DNA of 63,650 bases, filler included, from Octopus bimaculoides (Eukaryota), in the NCBI RefSeq assembly GCF_001194135.2. It is 6 parts of 6 records of this genome, joined end to end, with 100 filler letters (N's around TTAATTAATTAA, not from the genome) between each part and the next. Parts side by side here need not be neighbours in the genome. Positions count along the whole stretch, not along the records: positions 1 to 20,169 come from NC_068986.1; 5 more parts are not named here. One strand, 5' to 3'. The notes under the pieces were generated by a model. It was not told the DNA's origin, made no database searches, and saw only the letters and a program-made list of their open reading frames with translations. Made by a program: the position numbers and the translations under genes. Of this stretch, positions 1 through 12,872 are shown one piece after another. Each line of letters opens with the position of its first letter. Within the stretch, counting starts at the first letter, position 1.

Positions 1-43
<43 letters not shown>

Positions 44-91
44 TTATGTGTATGATTGTGTGTGTTTTTTTTGCATTTGTTTAATGTTTAT

Positions 92-285
92 CCCCCACAA
101 CCGCTTGTCAATCGGTGTTGCTTTGTTTCTTTGTTTTCCTCCCTGTACCTTGGTGGTTTGATAAAAGAGACCGACAGAATAAGCGTCAGGTTATCTACTG
201 GTATCTTTTAGTTCGACTAAACCTTTGAAGGCGGTGCCCCAGCATGGCCCAAGAGCAGTGAGTGAATCGAGTAAATGATGAAAGA
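92..285 (+). mobile_element. SINE family A, 3' half
   Basis: Shares diagnostic blocks (aaaagagaccga-agaataag, gaaggcggtgc-ccagcatggcc) with the full copy at 13703-14070. Confidence 0.75.
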
Positions 286-1522
286 TATACACGTGTTTGA
301 ATGCATGTATATATAGTGGGAACTCATTAAACGTACTGTTATGCTGGATATCGGAAAGAGCGGCTGAAATATGTTTTGCGAGAGTAATTATCATTGCATA
401 TTTCAGTATCATGATATGTAACCGTTATTGGTTTCAAATCACATACAGAATCAAAGATTATGCCAGGTTGAAGTAGCTTATATCATGTATTCTTATTTTC
501 GTAATACTTATGCCACACTGCTCACAGTGACATATTTCATATTGTTATACTTCAGTAAATAAGCACCTTTCAGCTTTGTAGTTTATATCGTAGCTTTCAA
601 TGTATTATCACCATCCAATGAAGAAATATGTGACCTAATCCGTGAGCCAGAATCTAGAACTTATAAAGGTCAAGGATGAGTTTGTGGTTAGCTTTGTGCG
701 TGCATTTCCGTAATTATTTGTTTTTCACAAACGAAAGTCTATGAAGAACATTATACTTTTTGACGCATTCACGGTTAATGACGAGCTCACAGTATTTAAA
801 AAAAAAAATTATGTTGATGCAAATTCTGAATCACTATCTGCTGGCGCAAGAATATCTATAAGAGATGCAAAAGACACAACTAATGAAGAAGCAGTGACAA
901 GTGATTTAGAATAAAGGTATTTATTGACGATCTTGTGACAAAAACGTCCGTTGTAAAGAAACTGAAAATGATACTACCAAACTCTCTAGAGTTTTTCTTC
1001 CTCTACTTCAGAAGGACGCCATTAATTTCTTATTAATTTAGCCAATTTCTATTCAAGAATATCTTCCTCAACTTTCTCCGTTCTTGAATAGCCATACTAC
1101 ACTCGGTTACCTGTTCCATTAAAATCATTGTTTAGTTATTTCTCAGTCTTTCTAGTCGCATTTTTGTTTTAATCTGCTTTATTTTGTCTCACCAACGATT
1201 TGAGAAGCGATTGGTAAACTGTTAAAATTGAAAGTAATCAGTAAATATGGAAATTAGTTAAGATTTTCTGACATATATTATCTCCTATTCAGAGGCCATA
1301 GAAAATTCGCCGTACAATAAAGAATTTCTTTCAAATACAGCGTATATTGTTATATTCGTGTTTGCTGTCAACGTCTGACAGCAAACATAAATTTGAATGT
1401 TTATATACGTGTGCATACATATATACACGTGCACACACACACACACACACACACACGTGTGTGTGTTGTGTGCGTATGTACGTGTGTGGTGTGTGGATGT
1501 GTGTGCGTATGTATGTGAGCGT

Positions 1523-1571
<49 letters not shown>

Positions 1572-2657
1572 AGTGTGTGTTAGAAACAAGCTAGATTTTA
1601 GACCTCATTCCAAACATTTTCATATATCAACATTTCCTTCAGCATGAACTGAAATCCTTGTTGTTATCTGTAGCCTGTAAAACTGAAATGTTAATAAGAT
1701 GGATATTTGGAAAATTTATTAGAGTTACTATGAACCCCATAAATCTGAGCCTTTGTACGCACACATAAGCACTCACACACACAAACACACACTCTCACAC
1801 CCATACACACGGGCGCGCTCACAAGGACAAAGAAAGAGAAACAGATGCAATGCAAAATCTCAAATTCACATAGAAAGCAGTATATTTTGAGGCGTTCAAT
1901 CCTTACCTATACGTATTAGTATAGTTCGTAACAAAAGCTCACACTAGATTTCCATCTGAGAGCCTTTTAAGACTGCCTTCTGAGACTGAAAGAAATATTT
2001 CGTTATCTATGATACTCAGTTTACAAATTTTTCATGATGAAACTATCTTAACACAAAATATCAAAGCTACGTATTTTGGTCAATGAAATTGCGTAGTACC
2101 AAACAAAGAATGAAAATGGAAGAGCCAATAGGGGAGTTTCTTGATATAACAGCCAATTCTCCTTCAAGTGAAATCTTATGGCCAAGGATGGAAAACCCTT
2201 AATCATGGAACGGTGTGAAAGGGGTGCCTGTATGCGTGCTAAACAGGCAAAAACATCGTTTTTCTTTTCATCTTAAGTTCAAGAACTATGAAAATTTATA
2301 ATCGAAAAGTGCCGTAAGACATTCACTTCCCTTTGTATTCGGTGTGAACATAAATTCACTTGAGATTCCAGTACATTAGAAACATCACTTTCTTCTGTGC
2401 TATCAAGAATGTCATCATCCTCATCTACATCATCTGATGATGAAGTGAATGTAAGGAAATCTCTTCATCGATTTAAAAACTTCCATTTTCGATCTCATTT
2501 CTTCCATCAACAAGGGCCACTTACGCTTAGGTGCATTTGACGAAGGAAACGCACGGGCATCATTTGATGATGGTCACATACATGTAAAATTTAGGAAACA
2601 TCCATGGATGGTGTATGCCGTTTAAAAGTCACTTATTCGTATGATTGATAGGTAACA

Positions 2658-2658
2658 T

Positions 2659-2690
<32 letters not shown>

Positions 2691-2821
2691 TTCTTCTTCT
2701 TCTTCTTCTTCTTCTTCTTCTTCTTCTTCTTCTTCTTCTTCTTCTTCTTCTTCTTCTTCTTCTTCTTCTTCTTCTTCTTCTTCTTCTTCTTCTTCTTCTT
2801 CTTCTTCTTCTTCTTCTTCTT
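2658..2821. repeat. (TTC)n microsatellite, ~55 units
   Basis: Direct reading. Confidence 0.98.
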
Positions 2822-2907
2822 GGAGACGTTCCTCATACGTAAGCTTGAACAAGCCTGCAACCATTCGGGTGGCCAAGTGCTGAACCCATTCCAGGTGCTG
2901 AATGTCT
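2822..2907 (-). mobile_element. CR1/L2-type LINE C-terminal fragment
   Basis: Translates KDIQHLEWVQHLATRMVAGLFKLTYEERL, matching the LExVQxxATxMVxGLxxLxYEERL motif of CR1/L2 ORF2 ends. Confidence 0.75.
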
Positions 2908-2933
2908 TTATTATTATTATTGTTGTTGTTGTA

Positions 2934-2995
<62 letters not shown>

Positions 2996-3042
2996 GGCGG
3001 TGAGCTAGCAGAATAGTTAGCACGTTGGACGAAATGATATGG

Positions 3043-3543
3043 GCAGAAAGTGCAAAGGGTGTTTAAAGAATAACAAATTTAAGCCTTTGTGGAACTTAAT
3101 CGTTCAATGTGATAGAATGATTGAGGCAAGAAGTCCAGACCTTGTAGTAAACAAGAATGAAAACCGGGCCCAAATTATCGACATCTGTATCCCAGCAGAT
3201 AGTAGTGAGAGATAAAAAGCCCGAAAATATGGAAAAGTATGAGTCACAGAAGGAGAATTGAAAGTTGTTTGGGTTGAAGAAAGTTTTAGTGAATCCAGTT
3301 GTGATCGGAGCACTGGGATGCATATCGCATAGTTTCGAGGATTGTGTAAATAAAATCAGAATTGATGCAAGACTACATGTCATCAAGAAGTCAACACTTC
3401 TGAACACAGCAAGGATTTTAAGGAAAGTTTTGTCTATGTAAGGCACAGAAGAGGAAACATTAAGGGACCTTTCTCAACTTGTTACTGATTGCTCCCTAAT
3501 TGAAATGCCCGGACCATTTAACATGTACGTGTTTGAGATTTAC

Positions 3544-3587
<44 letters not shown>
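3043..3587 (+). mobile_element. R4/Dong-like non-LTR retrotransposon 3' end (RLE domain, 3' UTR, (AAT)n tail)
   Basis: Frameshifted translation ..LWNLIVQCDRMIEARSPDLVV..IIDICIP.. and ..PVVIGALG..TARILRKVL*, then an (AAT)n run at 3543-3587. Confidence 0.8.
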
Positions 3588-3590
<3 letters not shown>

Positions 3591-4833
3591 AAATAGCCAC
3601 AAAACACGAGCAAAACAAAAAACTGTTTTCAGTATTTAAGGAAGCTGACAAATACAAACAAGAGATCAATCTACCTAACAAATACGAAGAAGAAGAAGAA
3701 GAAACAACAAAAGCTATAAAACAAATGAAATCCAAACTAAAACTAGAACAGCAACGGACCATGATAAAACGATGGCAAGAAAAGCCCCTACATGGTAAAT
3801 ACTGGGCTAAACTAAATGCGAAAGAAATAGACAGAGAAAAATCCCAGCAATGGCTGAGAAGCTCAGGNNNNNNNNNNNNNNNNNNNNNNNNNNNNNNNNN
3901 NNNNNNNNNNNNNNNNNNNNNNNNNNNNNNNNNNNNNNNNNNNNNNNNNNNNNNNNNNNNNNNNNNNNNNNNNNNNNNNNNNNNNNNNNNNNNNNNNNNN
4001 NNNNNNNNNNNNNNNNNNNNNNNNNNNNNNNNNNNNNNNNNNNNNNNNNNNNNNNNNNNNNNNNNNNNNNNNNNNNNNNNNNNNNNNNNNNNNNNNNNNN
4101 NNNNNNNNNNNNNNNNNNNNNNNNNNNNNNNNNNNNNNNNNNNNNNNNNNNNNNNNNNNNNNNNNNNNNNNNNNNNNNNNNNNNNNNNNNNNNNNNNNNN
4201 NNNNNNNNNNNNNNNNNNNNNNNNNNNNNNNNNNNNNNNNNNNNNNNNNNNNNNNNNNNNNNNNNNNNNNNNNNNNNNNNNNNNNNNNNNNNNNNNNNNN
4301 NNNNNNNNNNNNNNNNNNNNNNNNNNNNNNNNNNNNNNNNNNNNNNNNNNNNNNNNNNNNNNNNNNNNNNNNNNNNNNNNNNNNNNNNNNNNNNNNNNNN
4401 NNNNNNNNNNNNNNNNNNNNNNNNNNNNNNNNNNNNNNNNNNNNNNNNNNNNNNNNNNNNNNNNNNNNNNNNNNNNNNNNNNNNNNNNNNNNNNNNNNNN
4501 NNNNNNNNNNNNNNNNNNNNNNNNNNNNNNNNNNNNNNNNNNNNNNNNNNNNNNNNNNNNNNNNNNNNNNNNNNNNNNNNNNNNNNNNNNNNNNNNNNNN
4601 NNNNNNNNNNNNNNNNNNNNNNNNNNNNNNNNNNNNNNNNNNNNNNNNNNNNNNNNNNNNNNNNNNNNNNNNNNNNNNNNNNNNNNNNNNNNNNNNNNNN
4701 NNNNNNNNNNNNNNNNNNNNNNNNNNNNNNNNNNNNNNNNNNNNNNNNNNNNNNNNNNNNNNNNNNNNNNNNNNNNNNNNNNNNNNNNNNNNNNNNNNNN
4801 NNNNNNNNNNNNNNNNNNNNNNNNNNNNNNNNN

Positions 4834-4873
<40 letters not shown>
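3588..4873 (+). mobile_element. Second R4/Dong-like copy (post-RT region, remainder probably in the gap)
   Basis: ..KRWQEKPLHGKY..IDREKSQQWLRSSG is the R4-clade WxxKxLHG..DxxxSxxWL motif; gap 3868-4833 ends in (AAT)n. Confidence 0.75.
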
Positions 4874-4875
<2 letters not shown>

Positions 4876-4880
4876 GGATA

Positions 4881-4957
<77 letters not shown>

Positions 4958-4971
4958 CATTATTATCATTA

Positions 4972-5330
4972 TTGAGTGAGCGACCAGTGCATGCCATCAA
5001 AGTGATCCTGGGGTAAAATATACAAAGCTCAGTATACCCATCATGACTACCAGTATGATAAGGGTACGCCAGGCACATACATCGCAATCATATGTGCGTA
5101 GCATGTTAATCTCATAGAATTTTCTTCAGGTCGAGTAGCCCATTCCCATCAAAACATCCCTGAAGAAGGGTTGTTTAAGGGTGCATTTAGGATCAGAACC
5201 GTTTGAAGAACGCTAGCCTGGTAGCTTTTAGTAAGCAAGCTTTGATCTAGTGCCGCTAGTGTGAAACCTTTAGTCTCTGCTTTTAGTCATGAGCTTCTCA
5301 GCCACTGATGGGTTGTTGCTATAAAGAAGA
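4972..5330. repeat. Interspersed repeat abutting a (TTA)n tract (probable LINE UTR)
   Basis: Recognised by eye as a common cephalopod repeat (ttgagtgag..gtgcatgccatcaaagtga..); family not confirmed. Confidence 0.45.
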
Positions 5331-5748
5331 GTGCCATTGTTATCTAGTGAACGATATTTCGACATCTTGTGTGTCTTCAATGGGTTCAAAAAAATAAATT
5401 TGTCAATCTACTTCATTTTGGTTAATATAGAAAGGATTGAGGTAACTNNNNNNNNNNTTTCGACATCTTGTGTGTCTTCAATGGGTTCAAAAAAATAAAT
5501 TTGTCAATCTACTTCATTTTGGTTAATATAGAAAGGATTGAGGTAACTCCTCCTGAAGATATTGAGTCAAAATTAAAAGAAGTGTGCCATTGTTATCTCC
5601 TTCCTTTGGCCGGGAAGGGAGGACAATTTCTCTCTTTGTCAACCGTTGTGTTTGTTCGCTGTTCACACGTTTAACCTCACTGTCCCTCGTCTGTGTATCA
5701 TCCTCTATGTTTTATATTTGGTCCTGGTGGCCGATAAAGAAAGAATTA

Positions 5749-5799
<51 letters not shown>

Positions 5800-6135
5800 G
5801 TAGTAGTAGTAGTAGTAGTAGCAGCAGCAGCAGCAGTAGTAGTGGTAGTAGTAGTAGTAGTCGTAGTAGTCAAGACAAAGAGCGCGATTCGATTGTAATA
5901 GATATTTTATTGGTTGAATGATATTTCGACAGTAATCCTGTCTTTGTCGAGTTCACAATGAGAGGTGATAAAAATTCAAAATTATAGAAATTTAAATTTA
6001 AAGTATGAACGAGAGCAACCAGCGTCCACACGTTGATGGGATGTCATCATCAGTCTTTAAGTTTCAATTATATAACGGGCGAAAAGAAAAAGACAGAAAG
6101 AAAGAAGAAAGAAAAGGAAAAAAGGAAAAGAAAAT

Positions 6136-6430
6136 TTAATCAAACAGTTTTGAATAAATTTGATGATATTCACCCGTCATTTTATTCATTCCTCCAGGAC
6201 GTGATGTTAATAACTCGCATACATATTTCTCCTCATGAATTTTGAGAAGTGAAAGTGAAGCTGATTCAGAATATTTTCTGAGAATATGCACTTTCAAGTC
6301 TTTTTCAAAACTGCAGCCGTTTGAAGCAAAATGTTCGAAAAGTTTTGTCGAACTACTGTTATTGTGCCTGACGTCATATCTGTGCCCATTGAATATTTTG
6401 TTTAATTGTTCTGTTGAACAACCAACATAA
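6136..6430 (-). mobile_element. Penelope-like element, GIY-YIG endonuclease C-terminus
   Basis: YVGCSTEQLNKIFNGHR..EHF..DLKVHIL..E..LLTSRPGGMN fits the PLE GIY-YIG C-terminal pattern. Confidence 0.8.
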
Positions 6431-7433
6431 ATCAAGTTTGCCCTTCATTCTATCGGGAGTGATAAAATAAGTAATCGAGTTGCCTGAGCCTTTAGTAGAA
6501 CAAATTATTATCATTACTATTAGCAGCAGCAGCAGTAGTAGTAATAATAGCAGTTGTAGTAGCAGCAGTAGTAGTAGTAATATTAGTAGTGTATAGATCA
6601 TTAATTTTGGTTTGTGTTGGCCGGAAAGGGGAGAAAGTGTTTGCGGTATGTAATATATGGTTAACATTATAAAACTAACGATGATATTATAACGATACCG
6701 TTCATTTCACAAAATTTGCTTATCGACTCGTCTATCTTAAACTGGACCCTAACACACAAACATTCTAACAGTCTAACATTCAATCCAAATCATAGCGCAA
6801 AATCACATACGGCTTTGGATTCTTTTTTTACCTCTCCCACACACACTCTCTCTCTCTGTCTCACGCACACATACTCAACCTCACCACATGTATAGTCGTC
6901 AATGTTTGTGTATGTGGTTAACCTTTTCATGAGATGTTAAGTTTTTCCATGTGGTTTGTATTGCTTCTCATCAGTTCAACTTCATTTACTTTTGGCATTA
7001 ACTTCGTTAGTAGCTCACCCATATCTCAAATATGACTCGCATGCTATGAAATATTGCTAGGCATAATACATATTATATACTTGGCACTTTTGTTTTGTTG
7101 TTTGTTTGTTGGTGCGCTAACTGTTATTGTTGTTGTTGTTCTTAACGTAGTCGGTGTTGTTGATTTTGTCATCGCTCCTGTATATCGCAGTGCCATCTGA
7201 TGGCCTGTTTGCCACATGTCACTATGATATGGTCTTCAGAATCTAATGTCATTATTAGTGACTCCTCAACAAGGAAGAAATATTGCCGTGATCACCCTCT
7301 CCTCAGTTACTTTCCGCTATTATGTGTCAGTAACTATCCTCCTATTTCTCTATATGTATTATATTCCTACACACACTCACGCAGACGCACATATGTATAT
7401 GTATGTACGTACGCACGTATGTATGTATGTATG

Positions 7434-7467
<34 letters not shown>

Positions 7468-8148
7468 TGTATGTATGTATGTATGGATGGATGGATGGAT
7501 GGATGGATGGATGTATGCATGTATGTATGTATGTATGTATGCATGTATGTCTGACTTTAAGCACGTATATNNNNNNNNNNNNNNNNNNNNNNNNNNNNNN
7601 NNNNNNNNNNNNNNNNNNNNNNNNNNNNNNNNNNNNNNNNNNNNNNNNNNNNNNNNNNNNNNNNNNNNNNNNNNNNNNNNNNNNNNNNNNNNNNNNNNNN
7701 NNNNNNNNNNNNNNNNNNNNNNNNNNNNNNNNNNNNNNNNNNNNNNNNNNNNNNNNNNNNNNNNNNNNNNNNNNNNNNNNNNNNNNNNNNNNNNNNNNNN
7801 NNNNNNNNNNNNNNNNNNNNNNNNNNNNNNNNNNNNNNNNNNNNNNNNNNNNNNNNNNNNNNNNNNNNNNNNNNNNNNNNNNNNNNNNNNNNNNNNNNNN
7901 NNNNNNNNNNNNNNNNNNNNNNNNNNNNNNNNNNNNNNNNNNNNNNNNNNNNNNNNNNNNNNNNNNNNNNNNNNNNNNNNNNNNNNNNNNNNNNNNNNNN
8001 NNNNNNNNNNNNNNNNNNNNNNNNNNNNNNNNNNNNNNNNNNNNNNNNNNNNNNNNNNNNNNNNNNNNNNNNNNNNNNNNNNNNNNNNNNNNNNNNNNNN
8101 NNNNNNNNNNNNNNNNNNNNNNNNNNNNNNNNNNNNNNNNNNNNNNNA

Positions 8149-9260
8149 TATATAATGTTATCTGAGTTAGTGGTTTATGTGTGTGTAAACCTGCATAGCT
8201 TCTGAAGTTTACAACCGATTTTCACCAAAACTGGTAACATACATCACTTCCGTTCCAGAGATAGTTTTAGACTCATAAAAGCTTTCACAGAATGAATAAT
8301 GTGCCCTCTGGGAGCAGAAAACACCGTTTTCTGAGTTACGTGCAGGGAGAAATTGATTGTCTCCCTTACACCCAGCGTGATTAATCTGTTGAATGCTTTT
8401 CATCCTTTTAACATTTTGATATTAATGCTTTTTTTTATTGATAAGTCATTATCATAACGGTATCATCTCAGTTCATTGTATGTATTTCTTAAAATTTGCT
8501 AAGAAATTGATATTACTTACCTTTTTTACTGTCATATCCTTATTAACGTACAATTGTCATGTTATTGTACTATATAATTTCTTGACATAATGTCTCCAAA
8601 GAGATCCTCCATTGGTCGATAAATTATCCCAATGTCAATTGATTGTGTGGAAGAGCAATACTGGCACTAAAAAACAGCACTGCAAGTAAAATTAATGAGC
8701 AGCTACTTCAGTACCTTTCTGGAAGTCATCACGTCTATAAGTTAGTTGATACAATCCCAGATGCAGAAGAGGTGGTAAATTATCCAACAAAATTTCTCAA
8801 TTCATTGGAGCCTCCCCACAGATTGGAACTTAAATTGGGAACTCCAGTATTGTTATTGAATAATTTGGATCCACCAGCATTCTGCAATGGGACTCGTCTA
8901 GTTGTAAATAAGATGATGTCACATGTTATTGACGCCACCATTCTCTCTGGACATGGAAAAGGAGAGGATGTTTTTATACCCAGCATTCCTCTCATTCAAT
9001 GGGGAGCAGGAATTCCTTTTTCATTCAGAAGAGTGAAATTTCCTATTCGTATCAGCTTTGCATTATCTATCACTAAATCCCAGGGCCAAACACTATCTGT
9101 GGTAGGGCTTCACTTGGAAGAGTCATGCTTCTGACACGGGCAATTAAATGTTGGCTGCTCTAGAGTGGGAAGCAAAAAAAAAAAAAAATCTATTTGCATT
9201 TATTCCACAAGGGAAAACAAAGAATATTGTTTACCAAGAATATTGTTTACCTACAAAACC
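8149..9260 (+). mobile_element. Helitron fragment: 5'-type leader plus PIF1-like helicase C-terminus
   Basis: ORF 8643-9134: RAILA.KN..LKLGTPVLLLNNLDPP.FCNGTRL..FPIRISFALSITKSQGQTL..VG, continuing *HGQLNVGCSRV. Confidence 0.9.
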
Positions 9261-9269
9261 AAGAGGTTT

Positions 9270-9855
9270 TGTAGGAATTATTACATTCTACGATGCGCTC
9301 CAGTGACTGCACCAACTAAGCAGTTTCCTGTATTAACTTCAGTATCAAAGCATATTCTCCAATTACAATCATCAATCACGCGGTAATCCATTGATCCTTA
9401 TTGTTTCAAGTAATTCATTACTACGTATTCTCATGTGAGTGCATAGGCTCAGTTTATGTTTCTTATTATACAGCCACATCAGTAATCCATTGTCAACATT
9501 TCAACAGTTCACTTTCCCGTTGCTGTCTCCCATTGCAGCCCCTTTCCAGAAGGTACCCATTTTTTTGTACAATATCTCGATTATAACTACATTCATTCGA
9601 CTGTCAATCATACGATGGGTTGCGTTATACGCAGCACCGATCACCGCAAAGGAGAGTATATCCACTGACAGCTTCTCAGTGCATTCAAAAATCGAATACT
9701 CTCCCCCCCCCAATTTTCCATTGCAGATCAGGGTTTGGAATCCTCCAAATGGACGCAACACATATCGTTTGGTCGAATTAGCCCATCATTTACTCTACAA
9801 ATGTTTTGTCGTCAATGCTGTACTTTCCCGTATCACATGTGTCAGCATAACTGCA
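9270..9855 (-). mobile_element. Decayed coding-like segment, tentatively a LINE (RTE-type) APE endonuclease
   Basis: Weak motif resemblance (GG.Y..E..ILSFAV); clear paralog of 34400-34630. Confidence 0.4.
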
Positions 9856-10805
9856 ATATATATATATATATATATATATANNNNNNNNNNNNNNNNNNNN
9901 NNNNNNNNNNNNNNNNNNNNNNNNNNNNNNNNNNNNNNNNNNNNNNNNNNNNNNNNNNNNNNNNNNNNNNNNNNNNNNNNNNNNNNNNNNNNNNNNNNNN
10001 NNNNNNNNNNNNNNNNNNNNNNNNNNNNNNNNNNNNNNNNNNNNNNNNNNNNNNNNNNNNNNNNNNNNNNNNNNNNNNNNNNNNNNNNNNNNNNNNNNNN
10101 NNNNNNNNNNNNNNNNNNNNNNNNNNNNNNNNNNNNNNNNNNNNNNNNNNNNNNNNNNNNNNNNNNNNNNNNNNNNNNNNNNNNNNNNNNNNNNNNNNNN
10201 NNNNNNNNNNNNNNNNNNNNNNNNNNNNNNNNNNNNNNNNNNNNNNNNNNNNNNNNNNNNNNNNNNNNNNNNNNNNNNNNNNNNNNNNNNNNNNNNNNNN
10301 NNNNNNNNNNNNNNNNNNNNNNNNNNNNNNNNNNNNNNNNNNNNNNNNNNNNNNNNNNNNNNNNNNNNNNNNNNNNNNNNNNNNNNNNNNNNNNNNNNNN
10401 NNNNNNNNNNNNNNNNNNNNNNNNNNNNNNNNNNNNNNNNNNNNNNNNNNNNNNNNNNNNNNNNNNNNNNNNNNNNNNNNNNNNNNNNNNNNNNNNNNNN
10501 NNNNNNNNNNNNNNNNNNNNNNNNNNNNNNNNNNNNNNNNNNNNNNNNNNNNNNNNNNNNNNNNNNNNNNNNNNNNNNNNNNNNNNNNNNNNNNNNNNNN
10601 NNNNNNNNNNNNNNNNNNNNNNNNNNNNNNNNNNNNNNNNNNNNNNNNNNNNNNNNNNNNNNNNNNNNNNNNNNNNNNNNNNNNNNNNNNNNNNNNNNNN
10701 NNNNNNNNNNNNNNNNNNNNNNNNNNNNNNNNNNNNNNNNNNNNNNNNNNNNNNNNNNNNNNNNNNNNNNNNNNNNNNNNNNNNNATATATATATATGTA
10801 TGTAT

Positions 10806-11000
10806 GTATTTGTGTGTCTGTGTTTTCCCACCACCACCATTGCTTGACAACCGATGTTGGTATGTTTACGTTCCCGTAACTTGGTGGTTCGTCAAAAGAG
10901 TCCGATAGAATAAGTAAGTACTGGGATCGATTTGTTTGACTAAATGCGGTGCTCCAGCATTGCTGCAGTAAAATGACTGAAGCAAGTAAAAGAATATATC
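10806..11000 (+). mobile_element. SINE family A, 3' half
   Basis: Similar to 13900-14070. Confidence 0.75.
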
Positions 11001-11935
11001 TATTTCTCTCTCTCTCTCTCTCTCAAACACACACACACACACACACTCTCTCTCTCTCTCTCTCAAACACACACACACACACTCTCTCTCTCTCTCCCTC
11101 TCTCTGTATATATATATTTGTGAGAAAATGTTTGATCCATTCCATGTTTCTTCGGAGTAATAAATGCGAGAATAACACAATATATATGTGATTGCTTAGA
11201 AAGCACATAGTAAATACAATTAATTCAGAAGAGCATTACAATAGCCGATTCTCTTGGGCAAGGCTAATGAAATAGTCGAATATGGCGCAGTATAAGGCTA
11301 GTGTAAAGGGGGACTACTCTATGCATGCAGGTGTACATGTACTAGTCAAACGGGGATTCAACGAAATATTAGTATACATAATGTACATCTTACACAATCG
11401 ACGCTAATGGAGAATATGTAAAAAGAATGTAATCTGGCATAATTCGCCAATTAACTTTGACGTTATCTCTATCATAATCACAAACATTTTAGATTTAATA
11501 AGACAACAGATTCTAGCGACATTTTTATATCACAATGGCAGACCATCAAAACCTAGACTCCCGCGATCCATCGAAGATTATCTTGAACGACCATGCTCAT
11601 TGTTTTGCATAGATTTGATCTCTGAGGTACTAGAAAAATCCAGAAAGTAGCCTGTATTCCTTGTTTTAATTGAGTAAAAGTGCTGGTAGTACATAAAGCT
11701 ACTCGATCAATGCTAACCTGTGGATATAAAAGAAGACAACAACACCAATACGAACAGTATATAACTGAAGAAAAATGTTTTCTTTTTCTTGTGAATAAAT
11801 GGCAGTGAGAAAAAAAAGAGAATATAAATTTGAAAATAAACAAAATAAAACGAGAGCAATGATTGTTAATATTCAACCCCAGGAAAGTAAATATATCATC
11901 AATTTAAATTGCAAGTCTACAACAACAGTAACAGC

Positions 11936-12004
11936 CACTACATCATCATCATCATCAACAAAAGCAGCAACAACAACAACAACAACAACAACAACAACCA
12001 CAGC

Positions 12005-12062
<58 letters not shown>
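11936..12062. repeat. (TCA)/(ACA)n microsatellite
   Basis: Direct reading. Confidence 0.95.
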
Positions 12063-12824
12063 GAAACAGTAAATTCGTACTAGACAGTGAAAAGATTAAT
12101 GACTAAATATACCAAATGTAATTAAATTACAAATTATGATACGCTAGAAAACTAATTATTGATTAACAATATTGGAAAGGAAATACAAGTAATCCTCATA
12201 CAAAAAATAAATAAATAAAATTGCCCATCGTTCTACAACTTCTCTTCTTTCTTTTCTTATCAACATCATCATCATCTTTGTACGAAGCAACAGGAGCAGC
12301 ATCACTAACAAAAGATAGCATACGTCCTTATCAAGAGAGCAATGTTTTTACTATACTTCATATAATCAGTACAAACTTTCACGACATGGCGCCGACGACC
12401 TGTCACGTGTCACATTTACCTTAACGTGTCAGAATCATTACTAATTCTTAATTTAAGGAATCAAATTTCTTCTATCCTCTCATTCTACGCCGTCTATTCT
12501 CTTTCTATTTTTTCTCTCTTTCTTTGTCTCAGTGCCTCTATCTACATATCTATTCATCTAAGTCGGTCACTCAATACATACATACATACATACATACATA
12601 CATACATACATACATACATACATACATACGTACATACATACATACATACATACTTACATACGTACGTACGCTTATATTTATGTCTGTGCCTGCTTCTGTG
12701 CGCGTGTGTGTATACATAATACATGCAAAACACGATCGTGACACAAAAGCACACTCACATACACAATTATTCCTACGTCTGCATATGTGTCTAAAGAATA
12801 TCTAATTAATTGCATATTTATATA

Positions 12825-12872
<48 letters not shown>

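Noticed and set aside
2090-2620. Coding-like minus-strand stretch with acidic SSSDDVDEDDDILDSTEE
   Set aside because: Stops and frameshifts, no recognisable family; cannot be supported
5357-5548. Exact 91-bp direct repeat around a 10-N gap
   Set aside because: Unmerged contig overlap (assembly artefact)
7165-7290. Minus-frame DHIIVTCGKQAIRWH resembling an EML/WD40 strand
   Set aside because: Short match, bounded by stops, no usable donor; probably chance
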